Shown: positions 24,080-37,475 of the stretch, one piece after another
How the letters are laid out: the number at the start of each line of letters is the position of its first letter
Position numbering within the stretch: position 1 is the stretch's first letter
Assembly: GCF_006345805.1 (NCBI RefSeq)
Contig: NC_043007.1
Location: forward strand, 29,450,001 to 29,514,000
Direction: 5' to 3'
Source: Octopus sinensis
Lineage: Eukaryota
DNA length: 64,000 bases
Made by a program: the position numbers and the translations under genes
The notes under the pieces: model-generated
Databases searched by the model: none
What the model was told of the DNA's origin: nothing
The model's input: only the letters and a program-made list of their open reading frames with translations

Positions 24080-25643
24080 TATTGAGGTTCCATCTCAAAC
24101 ATTACACTTCCTTTTGTCATTGCTGCTACTGCTGCTACCATTGCTGCTGGTGGTGCTATTGTTGTATCGTTGGTATTGCTTTTTGTTGTTGTTATTGTTG
24201 TTGTTGTCGGGTTAATGGTGCGACTCACGTATTTGCCTGTATTGTTATTGTTATTGTTGTTGTCGTCGTCGTTGTTGTTGTTGTTATTGTTGTTGTCGTC
24301 GTCGTTGTTGTTGTTGTTATTGTTGCAGTCATTGGTGCTGCTGTGTTATTAACGTTATTATTATTGTTGAATGTATGACTGATGGTGTTGTTGTTGCTGT
24401 TATTGCTGTTGTTCTCGTTGCTGAAACAGTTGTTGTTTTTGTTGCAGCTGTAGCTCTTTTTATTGTTGTTGTTGTTGTTGTTGTTGTTTCAGCTGTAAGT
24501 GTCTTTGTTGTTCTTGCTATTTACAGTTAATGTCTGTTCCCGAGGCTAAACGCAATCAAATCACCCAACTTCTCCGCTTCATAAATATATCGAACCTAAA
24601 ATATCGAACATTTTAACAAAAAGACGAACATGAAACAAGGCAGCGAAAGAAATCGTCAACAACAGCTACCACCACCACCACGGCGACGACGACAATAACA
24701 ACAACAACAGCAACAAAGTAATTCCAATAACTGATATGATACAAAGGACCAAAGCTTTAAAAATATACACACTCGTGTACATATATACATATACATATGC
24801 ATACATACATACGTACATACACATACATACATACCTATATTTATATATACATACGTATATATGAATTTTTTGCGTAATGAGATACACACGGTGACATAGA
24901 ACCAACTTTGAACCCTTTATTCGCAATATTACCGAATCTGGAACTTAACTATGGTCTGTCTATAGCACTTATTCAGCATTACCTGACACCTTTGGGTCTC
25001 AATGATACCATTATCTCTTATATACATATGTATATATATATACATACATACACGTTCGACAAAAGACTTCATTCCACGTTGCTGCAGTCCACTTCGTAGG
25101 CAAAAGTGAGATGCCCTTGTAATTGAAAGGACCAACCTTGCCCCATTTTGCTTCACGCTGAATTTCCCCGAGAGCTACGTTAACGGTACGAGTGTCTGAG
25201 GAAGGATCAGTCGCTTGCGCGTTAATTCCACGAGCAAGCTGTTCCGTTGACCGGCTCAGCTGGAACTCTTGTCGTCGTAACCGACGGAGTGTCAGATGTG
25301 ATGTTACACATACGTATATACACACACTCACACACACCATACACACATAAATATAAAACACATACATCATTCAAACACGGTTTAGGTGGATGTACTTAGA
25401 ATCCAATTAATGTCGACATTACACAGAGTAGAATGAAAAGTTTACTGGAACGAATTCTTTAGCGCTTGGACGTCGCAACTTCACTTTGCAGGATGCAAAT
25501 AAGATCTGAGCAAATATCTCTCTAGGATACTAATTGGTAAAATAGGCATGATAGCCCTGGTGATTAAAATTTTGTTGTAATTGATTTTCATCGATAATAA
25601 CAGCAACGGGACCTCTAAGTGACAGCAACAAAGTCAGTAAGAC

Positions 25644-25930
25644 CAGTGCTTCCCGAACTATCTGATGTGGCTGACCGGTAGCCTTTTTTTTTCAATGCGT
25701 CAGGGGCCGGTTATATTTCTTAGTAATATCAATTTATACCGGAAACAATATATATAATGAATATAATAAAAGTTGACAATATTTTTTTTATCCTATTTTT
25801 ATTTTGTAAACAAATAATACAATATTACATAAGCATTTTATACTGTTTCCTGCTCTCTTGGAAATTCGCCGCCTACCGGCAGCTGATGGCTCGCAGGCCG
25901 GCACCGGTCCCTGGATCACCACTTTGTATA
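25644..25930. mobile_element. Possible hAT-type MITE remnant
   Basis: Starts cagtgcttcccgaact; accggt motifs; ends ggatcaccactttg. Right TIR incomplete. Confidence 0.3.
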
Positions 25931-26000
25931 CACATATCAGGTCTCATGTCTGAAAAGGAACTTTGTAATATCCATCCATCCATCCATCCATCTATACATA

Positions 26001-27351
26001 CGAAGGTACTGTGAATAAAGATAGAGTGACCCAAAAATATTATACCAGACTGAGAAAAACATGGCAGTCGGGACTCCCCTCTTACAAAATGACAATATCC
26101 CACAATACATTTGCAGTACCAGTGCTGATTCCAACATTTGGGATACTTGACTGGTCTGTAGAAGAAATCCACTGCACAGACATTAAAGGTCGCAAGATTC
26201 TAACATCAGATGGAAATCTCCATAGAAACAATGATATCGACAGGCTCCACCTAAGAAGAGATGAAGGAGATATGGGGCTTGAGATCAGTGCAGACAGCCT
26301 CCGGAAGTCACATGGTCTCGCTAAGACAGCACTTGCCAAACAACAGCAGCGAATATAAATACATTAACAAAACAATATCTTATATGTCGAAAGGGAGTTC
26401 CTCGGGAATTACTCACTTCCCTATGACCCCAAACCAGCAACCCCAAATCAGCCGGACTAGCGTACCTCAAAGAAGACCTGGAGATGAAACTCAAAGCATA
26501 CCAAGAAAGACCCATGCATGGTCTTTCGAAGACTTGAAGAAGATAATAACATTGACATGAAGGCTATGCATTTGCAATCCAAGAACGGGAGATTGCTAGA
26601 GATACGTAATCGACAACAGAGACAGTGAAGCCCCTGGGGTTCCAAAATGCAACCGTAAATTTGTATTATGTCATATTTCTGTGGAAGACATCACGCATGG
26701 GGTTAACAGCTGCCCAAAAATATCATCATGGGACTACCCCCCGATGCGACATGACATTGTCGCAAAAACAATTTACAATGCCATTCGGAAAAAAGACTGT
26801 CTTGGAATAAATATTGAGAATCCTCCTGCTATTGAATTTGTACACAAATATAAACGCAAGAAATACCGATAGAACGTTCCCATCAAAACATCTGTCAAGT
26901 GTAAGCATAGCAAGCCGGATATTGTTGTCTGGGATAGTCAAGAAAGAGTATCTACCGTCACAGAGGTCAGCTGTCCTGCTGATGCGAATATCTCTTTGAA
27001 AATCAAAGAGAAAGAAGATTACTATGGACAACTGCTTCGAAACCGGCAGCTTCTGTATCGGGATTGCAAATTTACACTTATACCAATAATAACGGGAGCG
27101 CTTGGTTTTGTAAGAAAATGCTTAAACTGTCAGTCTGGATAAGCTTGGATTTTCAGAAAAAGAAATCAATCACTTGATTCGCACATTACGAATACAATCT
27201 GTAAGCGGAACAGTAAAAATGTACGAGACTTTTCCCATGTTTAAAATGTGACATTGTTTTCGTTATCTACATTCCAAAGATGGAGCTTTGTATCTTTGTT
27301 AGAAACCAACTCCTTCTTCAGAGGAAGAATTTAAAGGATTAAAGACAGAAG

Positions 27352-27354
<3 letters not shown>
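26001..27354 (+). mobile_element. 5'-truncated RLE-type LINE, same family as 2281-2757
   Basis: RT thumb HNTFAVPVLIPTFGILDW, RHDIVAK, KPDIVVWD..EVSCPADANISLKIKEKEDYY, IQSVSGTVK. The 3'UTR is homologous to 2285-2355. Confidence 0.85.
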
Positions 27355-27396
<42 letters not shown>

Positions 27397-27404
27397 TATA
27401 TACA

Positions 27405-27559
27405 GGCGCATGTGCGGGTGTGTGGTAAGAAATTTGCACCCAATCACATGGTCACAGGTTCAATCCCACTGCACAGCACACTGGGCAAGTGACTTCAACA
27501 ATAGCATCGGATCGACCAAATTGTGTGGAAGCCCGTCGTATATATATTTATACACACAG

Positions 27560-27591
<32 letters not shown>

Positions 27592-27845
27592 CACACACAC
27601 GCACAAACACACACACGCACAAACACACGCGCATTATATCCACGTGCGTGTGTCTTTGTGTTTGTTCCCCATCACCGCTTGGCAACTGATGTTGGTGCGT
27701 TTACGCCCTCGTAACATAGCGGTTCGATGAAAAAGACCGATAAAATAAGTATCATGGGTTGATTCATTCGACTAAAAATTCTTTAAGGTGCTGCCCCAAC
27801 ATGACCGCAGTCAAATGACTGAGGCAAATGGAAGATAATATATCA
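27405..27845 (+). mobile_element. tRNA-derived SINE family 2
   Basis: gggtgtgtggtaagaaatttgc...caggttcaatccc head; internal (CA)n; same body as 8075-8455. Confidence 0.8.
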
Positions 27846-27865
27846 TATATGCATGTTTATGTATA

Positions 27866-28235
27866 TACTAGCAGTATCGCCCGGCGTTGCTCAGGTTTGT
27901 AAGGGAAATAACTATAAAGCATTTTTAGAGAGTTATAGCCAAAAAATAGCAAAAAAATGGGAAAAAATGATGGTAAATTTTTTTTTAGTTAAAAAAGGTG
28001 GAGTTGCGTCCCCTAGACAGTTTGTGTTTCTGATTCTGGACCCCATGTCGAATTTATCGATTTTTTTCAGAACTGGGGGAACTTTTCAAAATGTTCGCTG
28101 CGTTAGTTTTGAATTATGACATTGGGCTATGTGTGTGTCAAGTTTCATCAGAATCGGTTGAAAGCCGTGGTCAGGGTGAAGGTACAAGCAAACAGACACA
28201 CAGAAACACGCACAGACAAACTGCCGTTTATATAT
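27866..28235 (+). mobile_element. Probable non-autonomous Helitron (Lep1-like architecture)
   Basis: 5' TACTAG..cccggcgttgc, subterminal caagtttcatcagaatcgg, (ACAG/AC)n near the 3' end, running into (TA)n. Confidence 0.45.
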
Positions 28236-28256
28236 ATATATATATATATAATATAT

Positions 28257-28316
<60 letters not shown>

Positions 28317-28319
<3 letters not shown>

Positions 28320-29211
28320 GTCGTCTGATTAATAAGTATCTGGACTGTTGCTATAGTAACGAAGCTAAATTACACAGAGTGAAGCTGCTTCGCAAAGATT
28401 GACCTTGAACTCTGCTGTGCATGCGCACTAAGTTTTAACGATTTAGCTTACTTCTGCTGTTTACAGCAGTGCTGGGAAGGAAGTTGTGTAGCGTGTGATC
28501 GTCGCATTGACCATGACAGAGAAAGTTGTGTATGGCGATACCTGCTCAGTGGCCCACGCAAAGTTGCAGAAAGTATATGGAGAGGAGTGTATGACCTTCA
28601 CACAAGTGTACGAGTGGTTCAGACGTTTCCAAAATGGCCGAAAAAATGCCGATATTGATAAACTGACAAGCGTTCTGGGAAACCCGCAATCAGCAAAACT
28701 GAGAAAAACGTCGCAGTTGTGCGAGCAGCTGTGAGGGGAAATCGTCGAATCACCATCCATGAGTTATCAGAGGATGTGCAGATTAGTTACGGTTCAGTTC
28801 AGTCCATTATCACTGAAGATTGGGGTATGAGACGCGTGTCTGCCAAGTTAGTGCCAAAACTGTTTTCAGTTGACCAAAAAGACACTCGGGTTTCAGGGGC
28901 ACAAGATCTCCTTGATTGCGTCGAGAACGACGAAAACTTTGCTTAGTCCTCTGAGCAGGTATCGCTAAGCTTTTGGCAAAATTTGATGCAGATTCTCAGC
29001 TCAGCTTTCTCTGTCATGGTCAATGCAACGATCACACGCTACACACGTTCCTTCCAAGCACTGCTGTAAACGGCGGAAGTGAGCTAGAACGTTAAAACTT
29101 AGTGCGCATGCACAGCAGAGTTAACGGTCAAACTGTACGAAGCGGCTTTTCACTGCGTATTTTAGCTTCGTTAATATGGCAACAGTTGGAATACTTATTT
29201 ATCAGACCAGG
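28317..29211 (+). mobile_element. Non-autonomous mariner derivative with two 5' ends (foldback)
   Basis: ~50-bp TIRs in (TA)n; transposase N-terminal HTH (VYEWFRRFQNG...RRITIHELSEDVQISYGSVQSIITEDWGMRRVSAKLVPK). 28945-29211 is an inverted copy of the 5' end. Confidence 0.85.
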
Positions 29212-29510
29212 TATATATATATATGTTAGATGTCAATTCACTCGTGACCGAGGGAGACCATGCCCAACCAAATTGCCAGCTATGCCCATACATGAGGTTA
29301 TTGCACCTGCGGTCGGTTTCGCCCTGGTTTGCGTCCGCAGCTTTCATGATCGCCTCAGCATCCCCTTAACCGGAAATAGGAGAGTCTCCTCGTCAGCGAT
29401 TGCACAACCTAAGATTTTAGATTCGAGAAGGCTTGTAAAACACCCTCAGTCCCTCTCCACCGCACGGATAGAGTCCAGAGACAAACAAACCAAGATATCC
29501 AGTGTCAATA

Positions 29511-30785
29511 CAGGGCTTGGACAAAATAATAGGAACGCCTTAAAATTTTAAACAAATTTATTTTAATATGGGGTAGGATCGCCTTTGAAAGAAATTACAG
29601 CTTGAATTCTTCGAAGTATGGACTCGTACAAAGTTTGAATTGTTTCCAAAGGAATTTTTGTCCATTCTTCAGCTAAAACAGTCTCCAGTTCTTGTAGAGA
29701 TGATGGTGGAGGATATCGACTCCTTACTTGTTTTTCTAAAATTCACCATAAATGTTCAATAATATTGAGATCTGGAGATTGTGGTGGCCAGATAAGATGT
29801 TCAACTTCACTAGAATATTCCTCGTGCCATTCAGTAACAACTTTAGTTGTGTTAATTGGTGCATTATCACCCTGAAAGATTGCGTTTCCCTCCGGAAACA
29901 GTTTCGCAACCATAGGATGAATTTGATGAGATAAAATGCTTAAATAGTCTTGACTATTAATTCTGCTATGAAGGGAAACCATTGGACCGGCGGATTTCAA
30001 AGATACAGCCCCCAGATCATCACAGATCCTCCTCCATGTTTAACAGCTGGAAGAAGGCAGTCTGGGTCAAATGCTTCTTTTAGCTGTCTCCACACGTAAA
30101 CTCGGCCGGTGGTCGGAAATAAAGTAAAGGATGACTCGCCCGAGATAATAAAATTCTTCCATTGCTCTAGGGACCAATTCTGTAGGTTTTTACTCCACTC
30201 TAAACGCTTTGCAACGTTTGTTTTTGAAAATAGTAGTTTTCTGATTGCAGCCCTCCCATGAAATCCGGCTTTGTGCAGTTCTAAGCGAACAGTTTTTGTG
30301 GAAACTGGGTTCTCGGAGTGTTCATTAAGCTCTGCAGTAATCTTGGGAGCTGTACTTTTGTGATCCTTTCTAACAATCCGCGTAAGAGTCCGATAGTCCC
30401 CATTTGAAAGTCTTGGCTTTCTTCCGGAGTTTTGTTTCGACGAGGAGGTTTTTCCTCTTTCTCAAAGGCTGTCATTGTTTTCGAGTCAATACTTCTTGAT
30501 ACACCAAACATTTTGGCTGTTTTTCGTTACGCTAGCGCTTGCCATACGAGCACCAACAATTTGACCTCTTTCAAAGTTCGATAGATCTGTCATTTCAATG
30601 AATTTTAATGACCTTTTTCCTGATGATATCTGAAAAGAAACAGCAATTTTAGCAAAACATATTAAGCAACAATAATAATAATAATTAAAAAACATAAAAA
30701 TAAACAAGCTTTTGATGGTTTAATAGATATTTCAAAATTATGATGCTATGATGCTAGGTGTTTCCATTATTTTGTCCACCCCCTG
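29511..30785 (-). mobile_element. Full-length degenerate Tc1 (DD34E) transposon
   Basis: TIRs cagggcttggacaaaataataggaac / rc cagggggtggacaaaataatggaaac, with TA flanks. MTDLSNFERGQIVGAR; FQGDNAP...WPPQSPDLNIIEHLW. Confidence 0.92.
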
Positions 30786-30799
30786 TATATAACTTACAT

Positions 30800-31940
30800 A
30801 TGTTTCAACCAAAGATTGGTTCAGGTCATGTCTAACTTAATAGCACCACCTAATAGGATTTGCTAAATCCTCTTGAGGAAATCCTTTTGTGGTGGTCAGG
30901 TTTTGTGGTATCATGGCCCGTTTCAGTAAGGAGTTCTTGTTGAATGAGTTCTATCCAGGTATGGGTGGCTTATCTGGTATCTCTCGCAGAATTTTCTCCA
31001 GATTCCGTTTAAAGGTGATTGGATCCTTTTCTGCTTCGATCTGTTGTGGGACAATGTTAAATCGGGCAGGGCCTTTTAAGGGAAAAAATTATGTTGCAGT
31101 GTATTTATGTGCTGTGACACTGAATTGAGTTGGGGACGTATGGACCATGGTCCTTGCCTTGAATGAATTCTGAAACTAATATTGAGGTCTTTTGGGCAAT
31201 GTTCGTGGTATATTCTCCATGTCATGCAAATGATGTATCGCTCACAGCGGCGCTGGAGAGAATAGAGTTTCAATGCTTTAAGGCGGTTCCAATAATCGAG
31301 ATCAGAAATGCCCTTAATTCTTTTAGAGATTGCTCTCTGAGGTGATTAAATTTTCGAGGGGCAGCAGTATTCGAGGTTTGGTCGTACAAAGGAAGAGAAA
31401 AGAATGTTCCCTGGACCGGAAGGTTCTTAGGGTCCAGGAGCTCATCCTACGAGCTATGTTTACCTTATTGTTGATGTGGGCACTCTAGCTGAGATTGTTG
31501 TCAATAATTACTTCTAGGTCTCTGATATTATCAGATGCTGAGAGTCGTTCCCCTGAAGGAATAGAATATGGTTGTTTTAGCATAGTATTTTTCCCAAAAT
31601 GCATCAGTTCAAATTTTCCCTCGTTTAGTCGCATTTTGCTTTTGCCTGCCCATTTGACTTACAACATGTAGATGAGGCTGGCGTTCAGTTCTGTCTCCTT
31701 CTCTGTTGATAATTTTCCGGAGCTTGGAGTCATCGGCGAATATTTCCACTTTGCTATGTTTGATGATACTTGGAATGCCGTTTATATAGACTAGAAACAG
31801 AAGCAGCCCGGGACAGTCCCCCGAGGGATTCCACTGGTGACTTTTGCTGAGCTTGCCTGGATTCCACCGATCACAACTTAGACTCATTCCAGTGTAGTAG
31901 TTTTCCACAAATTCCAATATTTGACAATTCTGAAGGCCAA
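30800..31940 (-). mobile_element. CR1/L2-type LINE RT 3' fragment
   Basis: LLFLVYINGIPSIIKHSKVEIFADDSKL; frameshifted; no RLE. Confidence 0.75.
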
Positions 31941-33932
31941 CTCTGTTGAACGCTTAATATATATATATATATTTGCACACACATATCTGAGACGGGCTTC
32001 TTTCAGGATGAGAGGACGAGGAGGGAGGAGAGGAAGGCAAAAAGTTCTGTGACCAAAAATCTGGTTTGAATGTTTGCAACGAAGTGGATTCTGTTTAAGT
32101 CACGTCGCCTCTCCAAAACGTGACGTTGGGGTCAGATAAGTCAATGGATGACCGCTGGTCTTACATTCAAAACATGAGATTGTTTTATGCAGCGAGAATT
32201 TGGAGGCTGAATTGAAAATGTCATGGACTCTTTAAATCCGCACGTAAACCATCATCTCTTTTATAAAGGCAATTCCTTACATTTTCAGACCATATTTCAA
32301 GACAACTTCACTTCTATTACACAACAATACTTATATTCCTTTTCGGGACTAGAATATAGTTCGGTTGTCATTGGTTTCGGAGACTTTACAAAAATCAAAG
32401 GTTACTTCCACAAGAGTACAGTCCGTGAAATACTCCGTTAAATCATCCCAACTTGAGACGCTGCTTTAAACATTTTATTAAACCTCTTTGACGAACTTTC
32501 TCGATGAAATCACATTTAAAATTTCTAAAGTTTTATTTTAAAAATAAACTTTAATTTCACGTTCAGAAATTACTTGAAATCGCATCACTCGTTAATCTTC
32601 TAATTGATTATTGATCTTCTACGAAGTTTAAGTGAACGTTACATAAAGCCAACAATTGCGTATACAAGACGAAGCAGCTGCTACACTTAGACTCATCAAA
32701 TAATCGTACGAAACCACCCGCTTTATAAGCCACCCGCTTTATAAACCACCCGCTTTATAAGCAAATTATTCACAAATATATCAAAAACGAAATCTCATCG
32801 ACCTTCTGCAGATTCTCTCTATGTTTCTTCTATTACAAAAGTCTCTACTTTTCTCAATTCACTACATTTAAACCCCTTACAACCCCTTACATTTGCAGCC
32901 CCTTACAGCTCCTTACATTTGCAACCCCTTACAGCTCCTTACATTTGCAGCCCCTTACAGCTCCTTATACTGCCTAAGATTTACAGCCCCATACTGAAAT
33001 ATAGGAAACCATTTTTTTTCATCTCAACTGCGTCTCAACTCAACACCTTAAATAGACAGGGTTCCCATTCCCTATTCATCCCTATCCTCCTCCTCTCTCT
33101 CTTTCTCTCTCTCTCACTCTCTCATTCCCTCTCTCTACAAACATCGATCCATATAAGGTCAAACTCAATATGAATACCACCCCTCTCTGCAAACTCACTC
33201 CCAGTGTCGAGAAAGATCAATAAATCATCTATGTTAATTAATTAATCTTGATCAGGTTAGACATTAATTCCTATTTTTGACACAATGCCACACTTTGATG
33301 GACGTAAAGGTCAGTAGTTCTCAGTTTTGTTGACTTTCTGCCACACTCGCCGTCAAATAAAACATTACAGGTGCTCTTGGCACACAAAGTTTTAAGCAAT
33401 TATGTTTTAAAGTTCAAAATTTAGAATAAGAATAACACAACATCCGTTCTCAAGTGGGGATAAATGATATCTTTTGGTATCAATAATGCTTCTGTGGCTA
33501 TTAATTACGAAAATCTAGCTTAAGTTGTTTGTCTTCAAAAAATATAATAAACAACATAGCTTCCAAAACATTCGAAGTCTGGATTTTCTCGGAAGTTTTA
33601 AAACTGGGCTTAAATTCTCGCGGCCAACAAATTTACTGCCGCTGCACAACGTTCGCGAACCGCTGGGCTACAAGCAAAGATACGTCCACATTGATCACTG
33701 TCCTACACTCCAGTTTATTACTGGTATAAACACATTGCGGCATATGTTGTATTTAAGTAAGGCATGATATACCACTACAATCAAGTAAAGATGAAAAGAT
33801 GATCGTAAGTATGAAAGAAATACGACAGCATTCAGAATCCGAATGAAACGATGTGCAATGGGGTTTATGGTGAGGTCCGCAGAGGAAGAGCTTCTACAGG
33901 AGTTTGTTAAATTGAATAATTGATGTGGGGAG

Positions 33933-33968
33933 GTCCAACGTTTCGGACATTAGTCCTTCGTCAGAAAG
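33933..33968 (-). ncRNA. Minimal hammerhead ribozyme motif (PLE pLTR remnant)
   Basis: ttt-CTGACGA-a-ggac taat gtcc-GAAA-cg-TT-gga; perfect 4-bp helix II, weak helix I. Confidence 0.55.
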
Positions 33969-34270
33969 AGAGAGAAAGGACGTGGTTGTTGTTATGGTTG
34001 TGGGCAAATGAAGAACTATATATAAAATCTCGTATACAGCAGAGTATGACGTCTGAGAGACAGCTTTGATAACACAAATGAATATATAACCATGCTAATG
34101 TAAGCAGACACACACACAAACACACACACACACACACACACACAGAGCACATAATACACTGTATGTATGTATGTATGTATGTATGTATGTATGTATGTAT
34201 GTATGTATGTATGTATGTATGTATATGTGTATATATAAGCACATGCATATGTATATATCTATATCTATAA

Positions 34271-34303
<33 letters not shown>

Positions 34304-34308
34304 ATTAT

Positions 34309-34341
<33 letters not shown>

Positions 34342-34343
34342 GC

Positions 34344-34376
<33 letters not shown>

Positions 34377-34564
34377 ATATATATATATATATATATAATA
34401 CTATACACATATACATATAAAATCAAAATAAGCAACAGGATATCAAGTAAGGATGCAGTACGACCGTTTCAAGCGGCTCCATTTAATTGAACAATGCATT
34501 CATTACATCAATTTAAATATATATATATGCGTGTGTGTATGTGTGTGTGTGTGCGCGTGAGTGC

Positions 34565-34614
<50 letters not shown>

Positions 34615-34978
34615 GTATGGATGCATGCATGAAAAAAGTTGAATGTGACCTTGAAATTTCGACTTCCAAGGCATTTTACTGTTTCAAAATTCTCAAGAAC
34701 CAAAATTTCGAAGTCATCGTCAATCGTCACAACAAATATATTTATGTTAACTTGTTTTTCTCACTACAAAGTTTCCGCTTCCACGTATATATATAAAAAA
34801 ATAATTTATCCATTTCTTTCTCTCTTCCTCTCCCTCACTCTCTCTCCCGCTCCCCTCTCTGTCACTATCATTTTGTCTCCACTCTGTCTCTCTATCAATC
34901 TGTCCATCTGTCTATATATCTATCCGTCGGTCTGTCTGTCGGTCTGTCTGTCGGTCTGTCTGTCTGTCTATCTACCTG

Positions 34979-35073
<95 letters not shown>

Positions 35074-35289
35074 GACTGACGGATGTGATGTCGTTTCGGC
35101 TCCGAAGGTAATCATTTATTTTGACTATTTAAAAGTGTATATTGACAAACATTTTTTGCTTAAAGTTGTACAACAACAACTGTAAACCTTTGATAAATAT
35201 CAACACAAAATTTTGCCCCTTGTGGGCAAAATTTAAAAGAAAAAATTCTCATAGCCTTCGTGGTTTCATTTAGCCATTTTATTTCCAAA

Positions 35290-37000
35290 ATGGCCACTGG
35301 CCACCACGAGGCTGAGTTGCAAGTGAAGCGTGACGCAGAAACAGAAAAACAGGATGCTCTGTTAGCATACGCCGAACCTGACAACTCCACCACCACAACA
35401 GCAACAAATACAAAACAAAGGTCGCAAGGCCAAGCACCGTCAAACACCATCAGTGAGTCCACCACCACCACCAACACCATGGCAGAATCTGCTACTAAAA
35501 CTGCTATCCCTACTAAAGATATCGCCACCAATAACAACATCACCATCACCGCCACCAAAGACCGTGCTGTCAATGCTACTAATACTACCAACACCACCGC
35601 CGTCACCAAGAACGACAATAACAACAACAACAACGACGACAACAACAATTCCTTCAACCACTGCTCACTCCATCACCAACAAGTGAAAAAATAACGACGA
35701 CAAGCAAACGAAATGTCGAATTTTGCCCTAGTGCAGGACTAAAGTACGCAGGCAATTTTCCACCCTTCCTACTTGCACGATCGAACCTAACACACCAATT
35801 TTACAAACTGCAGCCAACAACAACATCACCACAAGCAACAACAATAACAAAACAACAACAAATTTCGCTGAGGCGATTAAAGAAAAAAAAACAACAATAT
35901 ACTTACGGCTCAACAAATTACAGGACACGAACATCAAAATAACAGAATCAGAAGGTATCGTAAAAATAACATACCAGAAGATATTTTGGAAAATGAAAAA
36001 AGACGAACAATCATTTATAAAATAGTTAACAAAAAAAAACAAAAATCCCAGAGAAGGCCAACACAGGCAAAATAGAGAAGTGCTTGAAACCATCTGGGAT
36101 CACAAAGAATATGTACCCTGGTGGAACAAATTTGCCCACATACAAGTCGTTTTCTACACCGAAGAGTTAGCTAGACATTTCTCAACGCTAACTCTTCACT
36201 CAGATGAACTCCAACTTACACCAAGCTATCGGGGACAGAAAGTGACTAAGATCACTCTAAACAATGTCCCCAAAATAGCCAATAGTCTATGGCTTGTAAA
36301 GGCTTTATGCGTAAAAATGGCGAATTATACTATTTTGGAAACACACAGTCACAGAGCATAAAAACTGGGTGGGAAAAAAAATAGAATTTCTTCTACATAT
36401 ACATCATGAAGATATAAAAAAATACCCACCCAGATATGTGTATCAGACGACCACAAGTTATATGTGGTCGTCGATGGCAGAAGACCACGTTGCTACATAT
36501 GCGGCAGTGAGCAACATCTCAAAAAAGACTGCAAATCTGCCGCAAGAAAACAACAGCAACAACAACAGCAGCCGGAAACAAAAACAAATAAACAAGGTTT
36601 ACTACCCCACACCACTTTTTGCAGGAACAAACCTCACCAAACAAACAACCACACCAACTGCAGCACCAAGAACAGAAGCAGCATCACCAACAACAACAAC
36701 CAAGAATATACCAACTCCCAAACCAAGGACATCTGCCAAAAAGACACCCAGCATAAAAATGAAGAAACAATTACAACTCCAAATCCCCACAAAATTGAGA
36801 CCCTAAACAACACAACAATACCCACAATCACTCAAACACAAAATACCCAAACCCCACATCCAAAACCGCATACACCACAACCAAACGCTCACCAACCCAA
36901 CACAAAACAAAACCAACACAGTCGACAATAGACCCCAATACTTTCCCTCTTCCAGACTCCGATTCGTCTGATCTGTCATTAGACGAAGAAGACACGGAAG
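35290..37000 (+). pseudogene. Tx1 ORF1 (low-complexity Thr/Asn N-terminus, RRM-like region, CX2CX4HX4C zinc knuckle), frameshifted
   Basis: ORF track pieces 35260-35694, 36080-36361, 36369-36806 and 36464-36931 join across indels. Confidence 0.7.
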
Positions 37001-37475
37001 ATTGGCAAATAGCCACAGGGGGAGAAGAGAAAAAGGGAAAAAAAAGAAAAGAAAAATAACAAACAAAGCGGGAAGATACACCACTCCCGAAACAAAAACA
37101 TCCACAGAAAAACACACATCAACACAAACACACCATCATCAAACCCCCCAAAAATGTTGACAGCCATAAACACAAACAACCACGACCTAATGGAACACAT
37201 TAGGTCAAACACTAACATTACTGAAAACGACATAAAAACAAGTAACCACCCACACACAACACCACCACAACACATAAAAAATATACACGTGACACAGAAC
37301 ACATACAGCACCCTGAAATCTCTTTACCCTGATGCAGTAGGGAGATTTCAAAAGTACTCATCAAAAAAAACTGCAAAAGCCTCATAGAAGAAGACCGTGA
37401 GGTGAAAGACAAAGAACTTTCGAAAAACAAGTAACCTTTTCTCTCTCCTTTCCTTTTTTGCACTTTTATCGGAAC

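Noticed and set aside
22991-24378. His/Thr/Ala/Ser-rich ORFs
   Set aside because: Trinucleotide and dinucleotide repeat mosaics.
27300-27335. CTGAAGA on the minus strand resembling a hammerhead
   Set aside because: No GAAA/helix III; it is the LINE 3'UTR, and the homologous copy at 2285-2355 lacks the motif.
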